DNA of 63,126 bases, the filler included, from Atractiella rhizophila (lineage: Eukaryota): the NCBI GenBank assembly GCA_021432655.1. It is 5 parts of 4 records of this genome, joined end to end, with 100 filler letters (N's around TTAATTAATTAA, not from the genome) between each part and the next. Parts side by side here need not be neighbours in the genome. Positions count along the whole stretch, not along the records: positions 45,528 to 59,144 come from MU271676.1; positions 59,245 to 63,126 come from MU271686.1; 3 more parts are not named here. One strand, given 5' to 3'. The position numbers and the translations under genes were made by a program. Shown in pieces: positions 47,515-63,126 of this stretch. Every line of letters begins with the position of its first letter. The stretch's first letter is position 1. The notes beneath the pieces were generated by a model. The model was not told where the DNA came from. It was given only the letters and a program-made list of their open reading frames with translations, and did no database searches.

Positions 47515-50500
47515 TGTGGTCTGCTTCTTTGAGGACCAAGATATCGCACCCCCCGACACAAGGTACACGTAGCCAGAGATGGCTTTGCGTCCGTTTGCCT
47601 CGCTGGAGTTCCCGTCAGCGTCGCAGTACCCGACAACTTTGGTGAGCCTCCCTCCGTCACCCCCGTAAACAAGCGCCCGTTCCTTCGTCGCTTTGAGGTA
47701 GCGGAAGATGCGTTGGACCGCTGTCCAATGCGATTGATTTGGCTTTGAAGAAAATTGACTGACAGTTTGGACCGCAAACGCGATGTCGGGACGCGTCCCC
47801 ATCACGGCGTACATGAGCGATCCAACTGCTCCTTGGTAGAGTTTTTCGTCGACGAGAGAATCGCTGTCGCTGCTCGGCATCAGCTTTGTGTTCGGATCGA
47901 TTGGAATAAATGAAGGTTTTGCGTTCTCCATGTGATAGCGCTTGAGCATGGTGTCGACGTAATTTGCATGCGAAAGTGCAATCGTGCCCTTCTCCTTGTC
48001 TCGTAGGATTTGGATTCCGAGCAGGAGGTTGCCCTGCCCTTGGTCTGTGACCTCGAAGGCACGATGCAACTCCTCCTTGACTGTTGCAAGCTCGGTTCTG
48101 TCGTTCGAGACAAGCACGATGTCGTCAACCCAGACTAAGAGGATCGTGACGGTGCCTCCCGTCCTGCGAATGTAGACGCAGTAGTCTGCTGTTGATCTTT
48201 TGAACCCGAGGCCCTCGAGGACCTTGTTGAGCCTGATGTTCCAGATCCTTCCGGCTTGCTTCAAGCCGTACAGCCCTTTGACGAGCCTGTAGACGCGTCC
48301 CGTCCCATCGTCGAATCCGGGAGGCTGCCTCAGGTAAATCTCCAGATCTTCTTCCAGATCTCCATTGAGATACGCCCCGACGACGTCCATCAAATGAATT
48401 TCCCATCCCTGAGCCGCCGCAAGTGCCACGATAGTGCGCAAGGATTCCAGTCTTGCGACAGGTGAGAACGTCTGGTTGAAGTCTTGTCCTGCGATTTGCA
48501 GGAATCCCTGCGCCACCAATCGAGCCTTGTGCCTCGCCACCTCTCCGCGCTCGTTCCTCTTCCGAACAAACACCCATTTGGAGCCTACGGCCTTCCTGCC
48601 GGGTGGTAACTCGACCAAGTCTTTCTTCCACGTCCCGAACTTCTGCAACTGACTGATTTCTCCTTCCATGGCCTTCTCCCAGTCTCTCCAGTCGTTTGCT
48701 TCTTTCGCATCGTCGTAGGTCTGAGGATTGTCGTCGGAGAGGGAGATTTGTGAGAGGAACGCGAGCGCAAAGTTGCTGGCGTTCGCAAAGGGTACGGGGT
48801 CGTTCATCAGCGGCACAGTGGACGAAGATGGTGCTCGACTCTTTGGTCGATGCTTGCCGGTGTGCAAGGTATAGTAGTCGACCGTCGCTCTTGGACGTTT
48901 TCCTAATACGGTCGCAGAGGCTGGCGCAGGCGGGTCTGGATCTGGCACGGTTTCGGTAGATGGAGTAATCGGTTCGGTGGGATGTGGTAATGGGGTTTCT
49001 GGGTCTTTGGGAGCAGGTGACTCGCTCCCACTCTTCTCCTCTGTTCTTTTCTTGGTCGGAGCGGGCTGGACAGAAGGAATGGTGACCGATTCTTCATCCT
49101 GTCCGAATTTGAAGTTTCGCGAGATGAGAACTCGCTGTGTCTTTGGATTATAGTATCGAATTGCCTTTGGTCCATCTTCATACCCCACAAAGATGACCTT
49201 TACTGATTTGGGGTCCAGTTTTGGCTTCTGCCTCTCGTCTATCACCCATACGTCCCGTCCGAATTCCTGGAGCTCGCCCACAACCGGCTTCTCCTTAGAC
49301 CATGCCTCGTGAGGCGTCTTGCCGTCCAGTGCTCGCGTGAGCGCTCTGTTTCGTAGGTAAGCGGCATGCTTCACTGCCTCCGCCCAGAGCCGTCCTGATA
49401 GTTTCCTAGCAAAAAGCATCGCCCTTGCCAGTTCCACCAGTGTCCTGTTCATGCGCTCCGCCACGCCCAATTGCTGATGCGAGTACGGCGCAGTTACCTC
49501 GAGCTCGATTCCTTTTTCGACCTCTAACCAATCGCGCACCTTCTGCCCAATAAACTCGCTGCCTTGATCAACGCGAACCTTCTTGGGAACATGTCCGTAT
49601 TTTCTTTCGACGAGATTGACATGCGACTGAATTTTCGACAGCACCTGGTCCTTTGTCTTCATGAACGAAACCGTGGTCCGACGCGTGCAGTCGTCGGTGA
49701 ATGAGATGTAGTACCGCGAGTTGCCAATCGAAGGGACTTGTGAGGGTCCCCAGACGTCGGAGTAGGTGAGTTCCCCAGGCTGCTCGGCTCGTGTTGACGC
49801 TTCGTGTGGATAGGGGTTATGCGCGTGTTTTGCTTGGATGCAGGCTTCACAAACCGAAGGTGAGCTTGTCGTATCTACATCCATACCGTCGACTAATCCC
49901 TTCTTGTGCAGCTCTTCCAGCGTCGACATGCCGATGTGACCGAATGCGCGGTGCCACTTGTCCCAAGTCTTTGCTGGTTTCTCTGCCACCGCCAAAGCCG
50001 TCGCCTTGCTTGTATCCAAGTCCAACTGGTAAAGCCTCCCCCTCTTCGTGCCTTGAGCAAGTAACTGACGGTTCTTGCTCCAGAGTTTAATCTTGCCATG
50101 CCCAAATGTTGCTTCCCCACCCGCATCATCGAGTCGTCCAACGGAAAGGAGTGAATTCGGTGCATCAGGTGCATAGAGCGTATCCTTGAGCGTCAGGGTC
50201 TTTGACTGACCGTTGACAAGGACGTGGAGCGTGTACGGTCCTCGGAGCGTCGCTGGAATTGGCTCCTTCGAGAGTCCGTGTATTGAGAAGTTTGAGAGAG
50301 GTACGCACGCTTCCTTCGTAAAGCCATCCATACTGTTGCTGATATGCGAGGTGGTGCCTGAATCGCCGAGCCATACCCTGCGCGAGAGTCTTGCGTCGAA
50401 ATGCTCGGTTCCCTGGAAGGCGGAGTCGCCGGCTTTATCTTTCGCTTGGTGAGCCTTCTCCCCTCTTCCCCTGCCTTTCTGATTCTTGCCAGGTCTTTGG

Positions 50501-51368
50501 CCTTCCTTCCCACCTCCTGCAGACCAGCAGTCCGCCTTGAAGTGGCCCTTCTTACCGCAGTTGAAACACTCAATGCCGGATTTATCAGGCTTGCTCCCAC
50601 CGCTGTGCTGGCCGGTGAGCCTCTTCCCCTTCCCATACATTGCGGTTTCTAACTCGCCAGATTTCTCTTTCCTCCTCCTCTCTTCTTCGGTTAGAAGCGA
50701 CGAAAGTTCATGCGAAGTGATGGTGAGTTTGTTCGAGTTCGCACCGAAGTAGGCTGATGTGAAGTTGTCCCAGGAATCCGGGAGCGATGCGATAAGGAGA
50801 AAACTGAAGTCTTGATCACTGAGCGTGTCGCCCATTAAGGTAAGTTCTTCCTGTATCTGCCTGAAGTTTGAGATGTGCTCAACCATTGAGAAGCCTTCTT
50901 CGGCCTTTGTCTTGTACAGCCGTCTTCGTGTTGCCAGGATCCCTTGGATGCCTCTCGCCTCTTTCACCGCACACAACTGCGTCCACATCTGCGCCGCCGT
51001 CTTTGCCCCCGTCAGGTGTACAAGCTCGCCATCCGAAATCGTTAGCTCGAAACGGGTCTGCGCCTTCCTATCCTTGACATCCCATGCCTCAAGGTCATCG
51101 AGGTTCGTGACCGTTTCCACCCCATCGGCATCTCTGACTTTGATAGGAACCGGTCTATCTTTCTTCGATCCTGTTACGTAGTCGAGCAGGTCGAGTTCTC
51201 GCAAGACTGCGGTGATGCGTCGTTTGTACGCGACCCAGTTCTTTGCCTTGAGTGGCTCGATCTTGAATGCACCGAGGTGGTCTTCCGACATGGTGGCTGT
51301 TAGCGGTGGATTGGTGAGGTGTTTTCTTTGTGTGTGTGAATGGTATTGATCTTGCTGGTCAGGCGTTT

Positions 51369-51380
51369 GGGCTCATAACC
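51369..51380 (-). promoter_or_regulatory. Primer-binding site complementary to the initiator tRNA-Met anticodon stem-loop (half-tRNA priming)
   Basis: GGTTATGAGCCC directly after the LTR; complementary to GGGCUCAUAACC of tRNA-iMet, as in Ty5 and Drosophila copia. Confidence 0.88.
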
Positions 51381-51636
51381 TGTTGTAAGACTGCGAATAA
51401 TGATGCGAGTTTTTTAGTTGAGAGGAAACAAAGATATCATTACTACATATTTCTGCCTGACTTTAACACGGTTTATATATCTGAGAAAGATGTGGCAAAC
51501 AAATTCTAGAAGTACACCAACGCGTAAGAAATAAGTAAGCAAGAAGAAGCGAGAAGAAAATAGAATCCCCTCGAATATGTGGCATCGCGTCGTTCTTAGT
51601 AAGCCGTGAGTGGTGGTGGCGGGCTGAACTTCAACA
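51381..51636 (-). repeat. 5' LTR of the Copia element (256 bp)
   Basis: TGTTG...CAACA termini, internal TATATAAA on the minus strand (about 51472-51479), PBS immediately adjacent. Confidence 0.88.
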
Positions 51637-52581
51637 AAAGCTGGTGGTGATTTTCTCCAGAAGAAGCTGCATGAGAACGATGGAGACGACAGGGATCAAC
51701 AATTCAGTGCACCTGGAGGAGAACACTTGAATCGACCTGGAGGACAAGGAGAGCACAGTGATGGTATGTTGTCCATTCCTCAATATAACGTGTTTGAGGG
51801 ACCGTGTTCTATTTCCGTGCTAATGTTGCTGCTTCAACCGTCTCTTTCATGACACATAACTGATACTAATGTTTGGTGTCGTTGCTGATTATCTGGCCCA
51901 TGCAGGTCCAGACCTCGATGCTGCTGCTAGGCATGCCGCTGCGGATCGTGGAGATGAGGAGGGAGGTTTGTTTGGGATGGCTCTACATCACATCAAGAAT
52001 ACAAACGCTTCTGGTGAGTATTGGCTTAACCATCTGGCCCTAGCTGACGGATGACTCAGAGCCCATTAACGAGCACGAAGCCACAAGAGCTCACGAGGAA
52101 GCGTATGCGTGCGTCGTGACCTATACTTTTGCTTTTCTGCGTCCAAGCAGGATCCTGATATGGATCACCCGACAGCAAAGGCAATGCATCCTCCATGGAT
52201 GCGAAGTCTATCGGGACCGCTGCGGCTTTACAGGCGATGAAGATGTTCACGTCTGGCTCTGGATCTGCCGGTGCTTCTTCGCACTCCTCCAGTGGAGGCG
52301 ACATGCAATCGAAGATGATCGGCATGGCCATGTCTGAGGCTGCCAAGCTGTTCGAGAGCACTGGAGGCCAGGCCGCAGGAGGGAAGACAGATGCAGTCTC
52401 CTCTGCAGGAGCGACGATGCTCAAACTGATTGTGCAGAGCAAGCTGAAGGGGGCGGGAGCGATGGGTGGATCAGACAGCGGGGGACTTAGCGGATTGATG
52501 GGAATGGCGTCGAAGTGAGCCTTTTTTCGATCCGTGTTTTTGGAAGTAGTATTGACGTGGAACTGAACCAGGTTCTTGTAA
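51637..52581 (+). pseudogene. Beta-flanking-like Gly/Ala/Met-rich protein whose 5' end is removed by the Copia insertion
   Basis: Exons KAGGDFLQKKLHE..., GPDLDAAARHAA...LFGMAL, EPINEHEATRAHEEAY, SMDAKSIGTAAALQAMKMF...MIGMAMSEAAKLFE...GLMGMASK/FL*. The frame runs up to the LTR with no start codon. Confidence 0.7.
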
Positions 52582-53169
52582 TTGAAATTCACTTTCGAAG
52601 GACAATTGAAAAAGCCATGTATGAATTGAAGCAAAGAGTGTCAATGGCGTAGAACATTTAATGTAGGAGAATTAACGAATGAAATCGATTGACTGGTACA
52701 GAGCCAAGTTTTCTCCATTTGTCAGGAGCGATCAGCTAACTTGTCGTTAGTCATTCTTAACGCGCTTCCCCAACTGAGCCCTTTCCATATCATAGTCTTC
52801 AACTCGCACCCTTTGCTTTTGAGACGGGGACAGGTTGAAAGCGAAAGAAACGCGGATCACAACACGGTCCCGAAAGAACTGAAAGTGTCGTCATTCAAGA
52901 GTAAACCACGAGAAACAGGCCACTCCTGACCGGCTTACTTGCCTCTGTTTCCTCTAGTAGCTCGTACGTCTGCGCTGCGTATGGGATGATGCCTTCAGAC
53001 GACACGCGGAACGCGTCCACCTGCCTCTGGAAACGTGACTCAGTTCCTGCTCCTCCGTGATGAAATTTCGGCGCTTCCTCCATAAATATAATCATCGCGC
53101 TGTTCTCTGAGCTGCTCGCGTTTTGAAATTTTGCTGTGAGTTGCACGGCGTGCTCGCTTAGGTAGAGAT

Positions 53170-59144
<5,975 letters not shown>

Positions 59145-59244
59145 NNNNNNNNNNNNNNNNNNNNNNNNNNNNNNNNNNNNNNNNNNNNTTAATTAATTAA
59201 NNNNNNNNNNNNNNNNNNNNNNNNNNNNNNNNNNNNNNNNNNNN

Positions 59245-60591
59245 GGATCCAGATTCAAGGATTGGACGTACAATCATACCCTCGACCTCTACCTCCCCTA
59301 CAATGACCTCATCTACGGAGCCAACGATCCGCGTCTTCCCCACCCCTCTCCTATCGTCGACTCGACTTCCAAGGATAAAGGCTTCCAACCCCCCGACCCT
59401 GCGAGCTACAGTAAGGATATGGACAGGGACAGGAATTCCGGGTCCACCAACGCTGGTACCGGAGGGATCGGGACCGCTGGTCGATTCCTGGGGACGACCA
59501 AGATCGGAAAGGAGTTTGCGAGGGATCCGGTGGAGTTTACGGAGAAGTTTTGGGAGTCGGAACAGGGGAAGAAGCTCGCGGCTAAGCAGAGAGAGGAGCT
59601 GGTGGCCAATTCAAACATCCCTCTGAAAGCGTCGAACTCTGAGCAGGAGGAGAGCAGGATACAAAAGAGAGCTGTGCCACTCACTGTTGAGGAGAAGGCC
59701 ATGGCCCTCGTCCCTCCTCCGACTACCAATTTTGACAGAGAGTATGCCGCCATTAGGAGACAACGTTTCTTGGGGAGAGAACATGGAGGGACTGTCGTCG
59801 TTCATTATTTGAAGAGAAACGAATGGTTCCTCGAAACCGCTCTAGCTCTTCTCGGACGGAGTACGACGTGGGATCATGGGAGCGTCTCGCACGGAGTTGG
59901 GAGGGGAGTCGGAGATCTCGCTGTTGGAGAGGAAGTGATTTCATTCGGAGGGGTAAAGGAAGGAGTGGAGTTGGTAGAAGGCGCACCGTGGGGCAGCGGT
60001 AGGAGGTATGGATCGCCAATCGTGAGGGAGGATGGATATGTGAGCGAAGGGAGGGAGGAAGCTATCGTCCTCCCTGATTTGAGCGGTGGAGCGAATAAGG
60101 ATGGGACGAGACCTCCAAGTAGTAGGTTGAAAGGAACGCCGAGGATCTCGTTTACGGATTGGAATGGGAATCAAAAACCTTTCTCGTTAGGAGATGTGGA
60201 GGTTGGAGAGGAGGAGGAGGATGCAAGTGTAGAAGAGGAGCTGGCCGCCGAAGAAACAAATATGGAATCTTCGACCTTCGTTGTTGAAGGAATCAGCCCT
60301 TCGTCATCCTCAACAGAGGCTCAGGCTGCAGTTGTCGATGCAACTTCAACTGGATCGTCATCCGATCTGTCTTCCTCTTCGACCTCATCGAGTTCCTCGT
60401 CCACTTTCTCCTCGTCTACTCAGTCGGAATCATCACTCTCTTCGAGTTCCACGTCACCTTCTCTTACTTCATCCTCTACCAGTTCGTCAGCGAATACCTC
60501 ATCCCACACAGAGACGTCCTCTCTATCTTCCGATTCTTCCGATTCATCGCATTCGTCCACCACGACTACAACTTCGAGCACCACTCGGTGA
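59245..60591 (+). CDS. C-terminal part of a probable GT31-family glycosyltransferase with a Ser/Thr-rich tail (5' part in gap)
   Basis: Frame open from the gap (GSRFKDWTYN...). RFLGREHGGTVVVHYLKRNEWFLETALALLG resembles basidiomycete GT31 C-termini (recalled, not searched). About 110-aa S/T tail. Confidence 0.55.
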   Translation, partial: GSRFKDWTYNHTLDLYLPYNDLIYGANDPRLPHPSPIVDSTSKDKGFQPPDPASYSKDMDRDRNSGSTNAGTGGIGTAGRFLGTTKIGKEFARDPVEFTEKFWESEQGKKLAAKQREELVANSNIPLKASNSEQEESRIQKRAVPLTVEEKAMALVPPPTTNFDREYAAIRRQRFLGREHGGTVVVHYLKRNEWFLETALALLGRSTTWDHGSVSHGVGRGVGDLAVGEEVISFGGVKEGVELVEGAPWGSGRRYGSPIVREDGYVSEGREEAIVLPDLSGGANKDGTRPPSSRLKGTPRISFTDWNGNQKPFSLGDVEVGEEEEDASVEEELAAEETNMESSTFVVEGISPSSSSTEAQAAVVDATSTGSSSDLSSSSTSSSSSSTFSSSTQSESSLSSSSTSPSLTSSSTSSSANTSSHTETSSLSSDSSDSSHSSTTTTTSSTTR

Positions 60592-61252
60592 CGGACATGA
60601 TTTTATCTCATAGTTTCTTTATCTCGACTCGGGACGTTTCTTGACAGTCAAAATTCGTGTTTTTCTTCCACATATATATGTTTGCACCAGCTCTTTATAC
60701 TACCTAAACCATCCCGTACTGCCTGCTCTCGTCTGTGAGATACTTGCCTTAATCTTTCCATCATTCGTTCAGTCTTCGGGTTCCTCGATCGGTTTGAGGA
60801 GGGGAGGTCAGGATTCCTTCAAGTTGGCACCCACTGTTTAGATTTTCCGAAGTCGTGCGTTCGTTGTGCTCCTGTTTCCGTCTCTCCCCTTTCTTCGACT
60901 GTATCGGCACAGGTGAGAACCCCAGTATGCTCTTCAAAGCTTCAAGTGTACGTCTATATGGCTCTTGCAGAATCATCAATTCTTCCACATCCGAATTGCA
61001 ACCCCTGCCTTTGTCGACGGTTGCAGCACAGGCTCACCCAGGCTGCAAGTGACGAAAAAGCTAAGTGAGAGGAGAGACAAGGAGAGGATTATTCCCAGGA
61101 AAATGGGAGCAGCTTAGGGGCGAAGATCATGATAGATACGTTAAGGGATTCATTATCAATGCAAGGAAGTTAATAAATATGGGAACGACAAATATCACAA
61201 ATTCACAGTACCCACAGGAGATAGCTCAAAAAAACTGGACAGCTGAAGGATA

Positions 61253-62372
61253 CTATTCAGCCAAGATGCAACTCTTTCCGTCGACAAGCGCATAACCAGG
61301 AAGACAGGTCGCTGTTCAATCAATTCTATCAACATATTCATCAACTAATGAGAGAGAGACGGACAGACAACACATTTGCCTTGTACGCAAGCAACCGAAT
61401 CGGCTCCATCGATCGATGCGCAATCCTGACCTCCTCCACGTTCTTTCTTCCTTGGCACAAGCGCCACAGCTCTCCAGGGAAGTATGCGCGTCAATGCATC
61501 TGAAACCTACCGTTAACGAAGCACAAATCTTCTTCGTCGCCGCTGCAGGCCTCCCTCGCTTCTTTTAGCGCCTTCATTTCTCGTTTGGCTTCGCGGGTGC
61601 GTCGGGAGCCAGGGGAGGCAGCAGAGATGCAGAGACCGACGCTTATGTCGCAGGTGGATGCTGAAATAGACCTCATCAGTCCCAAGGGAATAAATTGGGA
61701 ACAGACGAGCCTGGGGTATTGCAAGCAATGGTTTCCTAGCCACCACAGTTCGAGGTCAACTCTCGTGTCGTTTCAATACTATCAGGAGTAGACAGACCTG
61801 GTCATGTTCGAATGGGTCGGCTATGACAACACAATAGTAAGAAAGCGCAGAGGAGGAGGACGAAGGACGAACTGGTGTCACACAAGGCGCCAACACCACC
61901 GCAGATGCCATCATCACCACAGTAGTTGTAGCAATTAGCCTTTGCCCAAAATCAGCAAACTCATTCGCCTTCCAATTTTGCGGTAGAAGTCTTACTGCGG
62001 TATCACAAACTGGAAGGGAACTATGAGTCTGTCCATAGAACATGGGAACAGATTGTAACACATACCAGCACCATTGTCGCCGCACCTTTAGGTGATGGTT
62101 AGTGTACCTATGTGTCCCAAGAGATAATGAAAATTACCGCAGATTTGGAGCACAATAACCGGTAACAGTAACCTCAATATTATTCGCGTCAAGGTAAGCG
62201 ACTACACCATGTGCACATTAGTCCACAGAGGAAAGGGGTAATCAGAGTCCTTACAGATACAGAGTGATCCAATCCCAGTGCAAATAGTTCCTCCAACGTC
62301 GAAGACAGCAAGAGCAGGAGCGAAAAGAGTGACCAAAAGAGCGGAGAAGAGAAAACAATAATGGGTAGGCAT
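61253..62372 (-). CDS. Secreted Cys-rich protein with C-terminal CPL1/PriA-like domain; two 1-nt frameshifts
   Basis: Signal peptide MPTHYCFLFSALLVTLFAPALA; Cys/Gly-rich small exons; C-terminus CIDAHTSLESCGAC...GQDCASIDGADSVACVQGKCV/ATCLPGYALVDGKSC...*. Frameshifts near 61504 and 61445. Confidence 0.72.
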
Positions 62373-63027
62373 TTTTACGCTTGTTGAAAGAGCGAAGGAA
62401 TGGTCGGCGTCAAATATGGATCAAGGCTAGAGAGAATACTTCGATGATGCTATGAAAAGAGACGCAGGTTTTTTATATGTCCTCATACTGAAGACATGTC
62501 AATCCGATTGGACAATATTCTGGAATCGACATATCCCAAAACAAGGACAATGTCAGGTTTCCAGCCTGTAAACTGGAAGCGCGTTGTCTCTAATCATGAT
62601 AAGAATCGGTTCAACAGTATATAAACCTTCTCTTACCAACGGTACAAGAGGCCTTGGGAGTGACAACGAAGAGTTAGTACTACTTAGTAGTACTAGATGA
62701 AAGTCAAAGATGTGTTTCTGTAGGCGTCGCATTTGCGACAGCAAGCAGATTCGAACGGAAAATACAAAATCTAAGATAGAAGTATAAAGCTTGTCATAGC
62801 TACACAGTTTTCAGCTAGCGCCAGAGCCAAATGTAGCTGAACTCTGCCCATATGTGGTGTTTGTTGTCCCTCACTCGCAAGCTTCAAGTTCGGCATGCGA
62901 TGACAGGAATTACCAATTCACCTCCACAAGCACCACCACTTCTGGTCATTTCGGCCTGTCTTCCTCCATAAAAGCGACTGAGATTGCGAGCTGTTAATAC
63001 CATAATACGCGAAGCTGTGAAGTCAAG

Positions 63028-63126
63028 ATGGAGTTGGCGAAACCCAACGTTAAAGTGCCTTATGTTCGCCTCGGAAATTCAGGCTTGAAAGTCTCAAAAC
63101 TGATCTTAGGTCAATTATACCCTGCT
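63028..63126 (+). CDS. Aldo-keto reductase, first exon (partial)
   Basis: MELAKPNVKVPYVRLGNSGLKVSKLILG, the typical AKR N-terminus. Confidence 0.85.
   Translation, partial: MELAKPNVKVPYVRLGNSGLKVSKLILGQLYPA

Larger units (their letters stand above)
47515..51636 (-). mobile_element. Ty1/Copia LTR retrotransposon, 3'-truncated in RNase H (no PPT or 3' LTR)
   Basis: Uninterrupted gag-pol from ATG 51291: zinc knuckle CFNCGKKGHFKADC, protease WLGDSGTTSH, HHCC WHRAFGH...CEAC, integrase YSDVWGP / RVDQGSEF / AERMNRTL, RT MDVVGAYLNG and WVDD, RNase H start GYCDAD...WSSKKQTT. Confidence 0.97.

Noticed and set aside
47156..51181. Many short antisense and alternate-frame ORFs within the Copia element
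   Set aside because: Shadow ORFs of a GC-rich coding sequence; no motifs.
60270..60588. Low-complexity TCN-rich stretch
   Set aside because: Explained as a Ser/Thr-rich protein tail rather than a DNA repeat.

Overview
Eukaryotic, intron-rich fungal DNA. Introns are mostly 45-90 nt GT-AG, and the gene set is basidiomycete-like (Pucciniomycotina is an inference). It is a draft scaffold with seven N-gaps; four contain an artificial TTAATTAATTAA linker, so adjacency across them is unproven. About 25 genes or gene fragments can be reconstructed: DUF6534-type membrane protein, two frameshifted F-box/LRR paralogues, EMC6, SFH1, SFT2-like, PsiD-like decarboxylase, two kinase-like paralogues, small thaumatin, YME2 fragment, Sulfotransfer_4 protein plus a partial copy, Gfo/Idh/MocA oxidoreductase, GIS2/CNBP, beta-flanking-like protein, ABCC transporter, GT31-like C-terminus, CPL1/PriA-like secreted protein and an aldo-keto reductase start. 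There is also a 1.98-kb near-perfect tandem duplication, a dead hAT transposon (Ac-like TIR) carrying a solo LTR in its BED-finger exon, and a 3'-truncated Copia element. Best candidate for a new system: one spliced reading frame from 41977 joins an ErdS-type DUF2156 tRNA-dependent aminoacyl transferase N-terminally to an aspartyl-tRNA synthetase, the reverse of the order in characterised ErdS. Also notable: Copia pol fused in frame to a Wee1-like kinase C-terminus, a gene with bacterial-looking motifs (11297-13035), and a 722-nt GIS2 first intron with nested complementarity. All family calls come from motif recognition, not database searches.
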